DNA from: Candidatus Yanofskybacteria bacterium
Lineage (GTDB): Bacteria > Patescibacteriota > Minisyncoccia > 2-02-FULL-40-12 > IGHO2-12-FULL-4
Length of the DNA stretch: 64,000 nucleotides
Reading direction: 5' to 3'
NCBI GenBank assembly: GCA_016185525.1
Contig: JACPNK010000002.1
Location: 75,616-139,615, forward strand
Positions 57,359 through 64,000 of this stretch are shown here, piece by piece. The translations under genes were made by a program, and so were the position numbers. Under the pieces are notes generated by a model. It did no database searches and had not been told where the DNA came from. It saw only the letters and a program-made list of their open reading frames with translations. Position 1 is the first letter of the stretch, and each line of letters opens with the position of its first letter.

Positions 57359-58315
57359 GTGAAAATGCTCATAGGAACCTTGCCGACTTTGACCAGCGAT
57401 TCTTCCTTATCCTTAGCCGAGAAAATGGTTTCTCATCCGCTGATTTCCGCAGTCCGTTACAACACGGGCGGGGACAGTCCATTCAAGCCGATTGACATAC
57501 TAACACGAGTTAAACAATTAACCGATAAATACGGGAAGGTGTTATATATTGATTTAGAAGGAAGACAATTGCGCGTTGCGCATTGGACTCCGTTTGAGGC
57601 CGGAAGCATAACGCTAAACCGAGATTTCGAGATTGTACCTCCCGCCAGAGTTCACATAAGAAATGCCGGTTGGTTTAATTTGGTTGCGGCAGATTCCGCT
57701 AAAAGAAAAATATATGTTGAAAACGGCCCCAAGTTTGGTCCAGGTCAATACTATTTTGGCGAAAGCCAAAGCGTGCATATTGTCGGCGACAGCTTCAACG
57801 TTCGGGGTTATCTTGGGGGTTTAGACAGCGAATACATAAAAGCTTCAATCAAACTCGGTCTTAATCATTTCATGCTTTCTTTCGTAGAATGCGCGAATGA
57901 TATTAATGAGTTTTACAGGTTTTTTTCCGGAAGACGCGGTTTTAATCAGTTGGTAGTCTTGAAAATAGAATCCCGGGAAGGCCTTAAATTCATTCAAAAG
58001 AAAACACTAGGCTCAAATGAAAAATTAATGGCCGCCAGAGACGATTTGCTTATCAGTTTTGGCGATAATCCGACCGGAATTTTCAAAGCTCTGCAGATGA
58101 TTATTAATGCCGATTCGGATGCCATTTTGGCTTCCAGAATTATGCACGGCATTCAAGATTCCGGCGAGATTGCCATGGGTGATATTTCGGATTTGATTCT
58201 GATGTCGCAGATTGGCTATAAGAATTTTATGTTTTCTGACGGCCTAGCAAAGCATTTTGGTCAAGCCATAAAATCATGGCAGGAAATTCTGCCTCTTTTG
58301 AGAAAAGAGGGTTGA
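57359..58315 (+). CDS. Pyruvate-kinase-fold protein, divergent, no C-terminal regulatory domain
   Basis: VRYNT, IDLEGRQLR, LSFVE, LKIESREGL, MAARDDL and MFSD map in order onto pyruvate kinase motifs. Confidence 0.8.
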   Translation: MKMLIGTLPTLTSDSSLSLAEKMVSHPLISAVRYNTGGDSPFKPIDILTRVKQLTDKYGKVLYIDLEGRQLRVAHWTPFEAGSITLNRDFEIVPPARVHIRNAGWFNLVAADSAKRKIYVENGPKFGPGQYYFGESQSVHIVGDSFNVRGYLGGLDSEYIKASIKLGLNHFMLSFVECANDINEFYRFFSGRRGFNQLVVLKIESREGLKFIQKKTLGSNEKLMAARDDLLISFGDNPTGIFKALQMIINADSDAILASRIMHGIQDSGEIAMGDISDLILMSQIGYKNFMFSDGLAKHFGQAIKSWQEILPLLRKEG

Positions 58316-58316
58316 T

Positions 58317-59558
58317 ATGCCGAAACGGATGGCAATTATTGTCGGCGGCGGTCTTTTTGGAGACGAGGGCAAGGGCAGTACGGTAGATTATTTAGTCCGA
58401 AGATATGACGCCCATACGGTATTCCGCTACAACGGAGGTTCACAGGCGGCGCATAATGTAGTCACACCCGAAGGACTGCATCATTGTTTTGCGCAATTTG
58501 GTTCGGGTACTCTTGTGCCGGGAATTTTCACATATCTTAGTCAGTTTATGGTTATCGATCCTCTTCGGTTAGTGTCTGAATATGAAACACTTTCCAGTAA
58601 AGGAATTAAAGATGTCATTGAACGGCTGGTTATAAGCAAGAAATGTCCTGTTATAACCCCTTTTCACAAATTTGCCGGTCAAATGAGAGAGTTGGCTCGC
58701 GGAGCAAATAGATTCGGAAGCTGCGGCATGGGTGTTGGAGAAGCGATTAACGATTTCACGGAATCGCCAGGAGATAGTTTAACCATAGGAGATTTAGCAA
58801 GACCTAACGTTCTGCAAAGAAAATTAAAAAAATTGCAAATTAGCAAAATTGTAGTTGGTAAAAAACTATTGGAACCCGAAAGTAACGACAAACTTCAAAA
58901 ATGTTTTGACGAAATCCAATCTCAAAATCTTCTTGAAAGATGTATTGAATCGTATTCTGTTTTTTCTAGTTTTCCAATAAATTTTGATGACGGCACAACA
59001 CTTAAAAGAATTTTAAATCGTCCGGGAACCGTTGTCTTTGAAGGAGCGCAGGGCGCTCTGCTAGACAAAAGCCGGGGCTTTAAACCTTTTATAACCAAAT
59101 CCGATTGTTCTTTCGGAAATGCCGAAAGATTACTGGCCGGTTTTGAAGGAAAAACAATAAAACTAGCTGTTGCACGCGCATATGCGACAAGGCATGGCAG
59201 AGGTCCGTTTGTAACAGAGGATCCGAAACTTACCAAAAAATTGCCCGACACGCATAATGTGACAAATGACTGGCAGGGAAAATTTAGAGTTGGGTGGTTT
59301 GACCTAATTGCATTAAATTATGGTTTGGAAATTTTAGGAAAACCAGACGGTATTGTCTTAACAAATATTGACAGGATTGCAAATTTCGATTCAATAAAAA
59401 TCTGTGATGGCTATAGGACAAAGTCGGGAGAAATTTTCCCAAACTATCTTTACTTCAAAGAAACCGATAAACTCCTTAAATTTTTGAAAGAAAAATTATC
59501 TTTACCCATACTCATTATTTCTCATGGTTCGACATATAAGGATAAGTTAGAAACATAA
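58317..59558 (+). CDS. Adenylosuccinate synthetase (PurA) homolog, divergent
   Basis: GDEGKG, RYNGG.QAAH, FEGAQGALLD, YATRHG.GPF, RVGWFD; the aspartate-binding loop is altered. Confidence 0.88.
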   Translation: MPKRMAIIVGGGLFGDEGKGSTVDYLVRRYDAHTVFRYNGGSQAAHNVVTPEGLHHCFAQFGSGTLVPGIFTYLSQFMVIDPLRLVSEYETLSSKGIKDVIERLVISKKCPVITPFHKFAGQMRELARGANRFGSCGMGVGEAINDFTESPGDSLTIGDLARPNVLQRKLKKLQISKIVVGKKLLEPESNDKLQKCFDEIQSQNLLERCIESYSVFSSFPINFDDGTTLKRILNRPGTVVFEGAQGALLDKSRGFKPFITKSDCSFGNAERLLAGFEGKTIKLAVARAYATRHGRGPFVTEDPKLTKKLPDTHNVTNDWQGKFRVGWFDLIALNYGLEILGKPDGIVLTNIDRIANFDSIKICDGYRTKSGEIFPNYLYFKETDKLLKFLKEKLSLPILIISHGSTYKDKLET

Positions 59559-59600
59559 AAAAAATCCGCGAGCTTGTGCTCGCGGTTATTTATTTTGCCG

Positions 59601-59985
59601 TTAGACTATCGTCAGCGCAATATCTATGGCGTCCGGACCCAGTTGTTCGTGGACATAACAGCAGGCGTTAAATCCACCAAAGGGCTGTTGGTAAATTTCA
59701 ATCAAATCCGGGTCAATTTTTATTCCTTCTTGCTCCAGAATTTCCAGAGCTCTGGCTTTCATTACAAAACCAAGAAATTTATCCGGCAAAACAAGAATTT
59801 TTCTGTCCGGAAAATTTTTAACGGCGTAAGCGATTATTTTGTCAGTATTTCTGGAGGTGGAAATAAAATCACTCACCGCTTTCAAGCGGACATCGCTGTT
59901 AATGTAAGTTACCAGCAGACCGTCCGGGTTTTGTTTTTTCCAATTTTCAACCCAAGAGTGGTCTGTGCCGGAAACTAATGTAGCA
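59601..59985 (-). pseudogene. nadA: Internal fragment of quinolinate synthase
   Basis: VTYINSDVRLKAVSD.ISTS.N, LPDKFLG, CYVHEQ; N- and C-terminal parts missing; in-frame stop upstream at 60024-60026. Confidence 0.8.
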
Positions 59986-60054
59986 AGTTTAAATCTTTTT
60001 GGGAAGTCCGGGTTAAGTTTTCTTTAAGTTAAATTTTTGTTAAAGTAGTTTTTA

Positions 60055-62169
60055 ATGGCAACCGCGGAATTTCTAAAAAAAGTTTGGGATTTTATCCGGA
60101 AAAATTACCCCTCAATTATCGTATTCGGGGGTATTTATTTTATCTTTTTTTACTTTTTCAGGCCGGCTTTGCTTTTTTCTACGGCAACACCAACGGGAGG
60201 CGATATGGGCTCGCACTTTTATACCGCTTCTTACGCCAGCGAATTTTTATTGAAGAGTCCCTCTGTTTTTAACTGGGACTTTGGCTGGTTTGCCGGTTAT
60301 CCGCCTTTTATATTCTATTTTCCGCTGGCCTTTTTTGCCATGGGTCTTTTGGATTTTTTTATGCCTCTTCAGGTTGCTTTCAAACTTGTCGCTATTTCCG
60401 GCACATTTCTGCTTCCGGCGGCGGTTTACTATTTAGTCAGGTCTTTCAGATTGAGAAGCCCCTATCCGCAGTTAGGCGCTCTTTTGTCTCTGCTTTTTTT
60501 ATTTAACAACAATGTGGGAAGCAGCGCCCAAATCTGGGGCGGCACAATAATGAGCATGCTGGCCGGGGAATTTTCTCACAGTTTAAGCATTGCGTTAGGC
60601 ATATTTTTTCTCGGCGCTTTTTACCGCTCGCTGAACGCAAATAAAAAAGTTATCTTGCCGGCCGTACTTTTGTCTCTAACTCTTTTGGCCCACGCGCTTA
60701 CTTTTACTTGGGTTGCGGTAGTTTCGCTTGGCTTGATATTGCCCAATTTTTCTAAAGAAAAGTTGTGGTATTGCATAAAAGTGATGGCGCTTGCGGCGCT
60801 GATTGATTCTTTTTGGCTGATACCGACTCTGGTTTACAAACCGTATTTTCTTAATCTGGCCAACAACTGGCCGGCAAATTTTAAAGACATACTTCCCGCA
60901 AGTTTGATTTTCTGGCCGGCTTTTATGCTGCCGGCTCTGATCTTGCGCAAAAAGAAACTTCTGAATTTCGCCGTTTTTATCGGAATCGGCATCGGAGCTT
61001 CGCTTGTTTTGTCTCTTTTTGCTCTCAAGATGGGAATTTATGCCGTCAGATACTACCCCTACTTTCAGTTAACTTTTGTAATCAGCGGTATTTTTGCCGC
61101 CGCAGTCATACGCAAAAAAGCTGCCGTAATTTTTTCGTTTATCTTTTTACTGGGCATTTCTTACTTCATATTGACCCAGCGCCAGGAACCGGTCATTGGC
61201 TGGCTGAAATGGAACTTTGAAGGAACAGAGGCCAAATTAAATTTTCAAAACTTAAAAATGGCAAATGAATTTCTTAGAGGCACAATAGCAGATCCGAGAG
61301 TGATTACAGAGTTTAATCAGGAAAACAACGACACGGGCACAGTCAGAAACAACGAGTTGGTGCCCTTGCTTTCCGGACGCCAGACGCTTGAAGGAGTTTA
61401 CTTGTTTTCCAGCATAACCAACCCGTTCATTTTTAAAATCCAGTCGGAAATTTCAGTCAACAAAAGCTGTCAGACGGATGTTATCGGTCTGCCCTGCGGC
61501 GATGTGGACTATGACCTCGGCGCAGAGCATCTTAAAATGTTCAATGTCAGCCATCTGATTGTCCGCAGTCAGAAAATAAAAGAAATACTTCAAACAAGAA
61601 GTGACTTTGTGAAATTAGCCGATTTTCCTCCTTTTGAGGTCTGGCAGTTCCTTTCAAACAGCAATAGTTATGTTTCCGTTCCAAAATTTCAGCCGGCTGC
61701 TTACGTCGGAAGCGGGGATTGGAAAAAAGTCTCTTTTGACTGGTTTAATAAAAAAGAACAACTGGATACACCGTTAATTTTTAACGCCTCTAAAAAAGAC
61801 TTAAAATCCGGCATCATAACGACATCACTTGCTGATTTAAATGGCGGATTGCAGAAAATAGAAACGGCAAAGAACTGCCAAGTAACGGAAAAAATTAGCC
61901 ACAACAAGATACAATTTAAAACTAACTGCATTGGTTCGCCTCATTTAATCAAAATTTCTTATTTCCCCGCTTGGGGGGTAAAAGGCGCTTCAAAAGTTTT
62001 CTTTGCCAGCCCATCTTTTATGCTGGTCTATCCGGAAAAAGAAGAAGTGGAATTAAAATTCGGAAGCGGGGGAGTCGCAAAATTGCTAAATCAACTCCCG
62101 TTAATTTCTCTGCTGACGCTCTTCGGAATATTTTTCTATAAACATAAAAAAGGTAAACCAGTTGTATAA
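60055..62169 (+). CDS. PTPS-related/YfhO-like multi-TM membrane protein (GT-C-like)
   Basis: TGGDMGSH, WFAGYP...YFPL, GEFS, WNFEG.E, KISYFP.W. Confidence 0.78.
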   Translation: MATAEFLKKVWDFIRKNYPSIIVFGGIYFIFFYFFRPALLFSTATPTGGDMGSHFYTASYASEFLLKSPSVFNWDFGWFAGYPPFIFYFPLAFFAMGLLDFFMPLQVAFKLVAISGTFLLPAAVYYLVRSFRLRSPYPQLGALLSLLFLFNNNVGSSAQIWGGTIMSMLAGEFSHSLSIALGIFFLGAFYRSLNANKKVILPAVLLSLTLLAHALTFTWVAVVSLGLILPNFSKEKLWYCIKVMALAALIDSFWLIPTLVYKPYFLNLANNWPANFKDILPASLIFWPAFMLPALILRKKKLLNFAVFIGIGIGASLVLSLFALKMGIYAVRYYPYFQLTFVISGIFAAAVIRKKAAVIFSFIFLLGISYFILTQRQEPVIGWLKWNFEGTEAKLNFQNLKMANEFLRGTIADPRVITEFNQENNDTGTVRNNELVPLLSGRQTLEGVYLFSSITNPFIFKIQSEISVNKSCQTDVIGLPCGDVDYDLGAEHLKMFNVSHLIVRSQKIKEILQTRSDFVKLADFPPFEVWQFLSNSNSYVSVPKFQPAAYVGSGDWKKVSFDWFNKKEQLDTPLIFNASKKDLKSGIITTSLADLNGGLQKIETAKNCQVTEKISHNKIQFKTNCIGSPHLIKISYFPAWGVKGASKVFFASPSFMLVYPEKEEVELKFGSGGVAKLLNQLPLISLLTLFGIFFYKHKKGKPVV

Positions 62170-62249
62170 CGGGGGCTTACTCTATAACTTGACACTTAAG
62201 CAAAATTAGAGCTAGGATTAAACAGCAACTTGACAATCAGAGGAGAATA

Positions 62250-63365
62250 ATGAAAACAATCTTAAAAGTCGGCGTAATCGGCGGCGGGGCAATGGGTCAA
62301 GGAATCGCCAGCCTTGTGGCGCAATCGGGGATTCCGGTGGTTATAAAGGAAATCAACGAAGAACTTGCCCGAAAAGCGCTGGATAATATTTTCTCCAAAA
62401 TTGATAAAGCGGCCGAACAAGGCAAGATTATGTCTGACAAAGCAGAAATGGCTAAGTCTTTAATTTCCGCTTCTTCGGATGAGATATTTTTGACCAACGT
62501 TGATTTGGTTATTGAAGCGGTATTTGAAGACATGGAAGTCAAAAAGAAAGTTTTTCACTCACTGGATTTTGTTGTTCCAAAGCGGGCAATTTTTGCGACA
62601 AACTCTTCTTCTCTTTCTATTACCGAAATGGCTCTGGCAACTGAAAGGCCGAAACAGGTTGTCGGCATGCACTTTTTCAACCCGGCAATTACCATGCCTT
62701 TAGTTGAAATTATTTCCGGCAAAGAAACCGACGTAGAAACAGCAGAAACAGTTGAGCAGTTTGCGAGAGATCTGGGTAAAACCACGATCAGAGTTAAAGA
62801 GTGTCCGGGATTTCTGGTAAACCGTTTGCTGATGCCCTACCTCAACGAAGCTGTTCTTCTTCTTTCCGAGACAACTTTAAAACCCGAAGAAATAGACAGA
62901 CGGGCGGTTGAGTTTGGCTGGCCGATGGGGCCGTTTATGCTCCTTGATTATCTGGGGATAGATATTGCCGTTCATGTGGCAAGAATATTGTTTCAAGGTT
63001 TTGGCGAACGCGCCAAACCGGCGCCGCTTATGGAAATTTTGGCAAACGAGAAACGCTACGGCATAAAAACCGGCGCCGGTTTTTATATATACCGGCCGGA
63101 TGCCGGTTTTGAGGATATCATGAAAGTAGTTGAAAAGAATTTTCCTCAAAGACAGCTCCTTGGTCCGGAAGAAGGATTTATGAGAATGATGCGCGGCATG
63201 GCAAGCGAAGCCCTCTTGTGTCTTGAAGAGGGAATTTCTACGGCTGAAGATATTGAAACCGGCTGTCGTTTGGGAATAGGTTTTCCCTTCACCAAGCTTG
63301 GGCCTCTGCATTGGGCAGAGAAAGAAATGGGTAAAAAAATCTTTACCGAAGAAGAAAAATGGTGA
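62250..63365 (+). CDS. 3-hydroxyacyl-CoA dehydrogenase
   Basis: GGGAMGQG, IEAVFE...K, NSSSL, GMHFFNP, GFLVNR, PMGPF. Confidence 0.93.
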   Translation: MKTILKVGVIGGGAMGQGIASLVAQSGIPVVIKEINEELARKALDNIFSKIDKAAEQGKIMSDKAEMAKSLISASSDEIFLTNVDLVIEAVFEDMEVKKKVFHSLDFVVPKRAIFATNSSSLSITEMALATERPKQVVGMHFFNPAITMPLVEIISGKETDVETAETVEQFARDLGKTTIRVKECPGFLVNRLLMPYLNEAVLLLSETTLKPEEIDRRAVEFGWPMGPFMLLDYLGIDIAVHVARILFQGFGERAKPAPLMEILANEKRYGIKTGAGFYIYRPDAGFEDIMKVVEKNFPQRQLLGPEEGFMRMMRGMASEALLCLEEGISTAEDIETGCRLGIGFPFTKLGPLHWAEKEMGKKIFTEEEKW

Positions 63366-63462
63366 AAAACTTCCGTAGCTAACGCTGCGGATTTTTGTTG
63401 ACAAAAAAGCTAATCGCTGTATGCTATTACCGGCTTTTTGAAAATCAAGTGAGGAAAAAATA

Positions 63463-64000
63463 ATGACAAAGAAAGTCATTGAAGTCCAAAAAAGAGACAA
63501 TTTAACGGTAATTTTTATAGATAATCCGCCTTACAACTTTCTTTCAGCTCAAGTTTTTGCAGAACTTAAAGAGGCCTTGTTGGAAGCGCAATCGGATCCG
63601 AATACGGAGACTGTGGTTATTACCGGCCGGGGCATATTTTCAGCAGGCGCGGATGTAAAAGAAATATGGAAGATTATTGAAAGCGGAGACAAAGAAAAAG
63701 CTCTGGCCTTGGTTAGAGAGGCAAATTCCGTCACTAACTTGATAGAGAATTTGGATAAACTGACTGTGGCCGCCATTGAAGGCCCGTGCTATGGAGGCGG
63801 AAATGAAATCGCAATGGCTTGCGCCTTGAGAGTTGCTTCAGAAGACGCAAAGTTTGCCCAACCGGAGATAAACCTGGGGATTATGCCCGGCATGGGCGGA
63901 ACCCAACGTTTGCCGAGACTGGTCGGCATTCACCGGGCTCTTTCTATGCTTTTGTCTGGCAACGCCATTTCAGCCAAAGAAGCAAAAGAATTAGACTTGG
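63463..64000 (+). CDS. Enoyl-CoA hydratase/isomerase, partial (runs off the window end)
   Basis: FSAGADV, GGGNEIAMAC, AQPEINLGIMPGMGGTQRLPRL. Confidence 0.92.
   Translation, partial: MTKKVIEVQKRDNLTVIFIDNPPYNFLSAQVFAELKEALLEAQSDPNTETVVITGRGIFSAGADVKEIWKIIESGDKEKALALVREANSVTNLIENLDKLTVAAIEGPCYGGGNEIAMACALRVASEDAKFAQPEINLGIMPGMGGTQRLPRLVGIHRALSMLLSGNAISAKEAKELDL

Noticed and set aside
58317-59558. PurZ / Z-genome pathway
   Set aside because: The PurA-type Asp in GDEGKG is retained, the aspartate-binding loop that PurZ keeps is lost, and no DNA polymerase, DatZ or MazZ gene is nearby.
1334-63776. Numerous short antisense or overlapping ORFs in the track (e.g. 10043..10375, 47447..47872, 59574..59978, 62877..63500)
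   Set aside because: They are shadows of well-supported genes in other frames and show no motifs or initiation signals.
1-64000. CRISPR array, rRNA, integrase, transposase or prophage genes
   Set aside because: No regularly spaced repeat-spacer series and no recognisable motifs for these were seen.

Overview
AT-rich, gene-dense bacterial DNA using translation table 11 (TAA, TAG and TGA all end conserved genes). Gene content and style (short DnaX, VirD4/HerA-like ATPase beside GtrA, DsbA/VKOR, many near-leaderless genes, small palindromic inserts) point to a Patescibacteria/Parcubacteria (CPR) chromosome; this is an inference. Core genes: lysS, serS, alr, ftsQ-like, glmS, dnaX, tRNA-Gln(TTG), glgA, copA. 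Accessory regions: (1) a duplicated module with a nucleotidyltransferase TA-like pair upstream of lysS; (2) an island in the 3' end of tRNA-Gln carrying an MvaI/BcnI-type restriction-modification pair, followed by a structured non-coding element present in two versions and a promoter-bearing small RNA convergent with a BECR-like nuclease; (3) a copper/thiol-redox cluster; (4) the best candidate for an uncharacterised system, 49.5-60 kb: NUDIX, AAA+ ATPase plus partner, two vWA paralogs with the same C-terminal tail, a large Pol-beta-type nucleotidyltransferase, a minimal pyruvate-kinase-fold protein and a PurA homolog with a rewritten substrate loop, bracketed by remnants of two NAD-biosynthesis genes (pncB-like, nadA). 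All family assignments come from motif recognition by eye; no searches were run.
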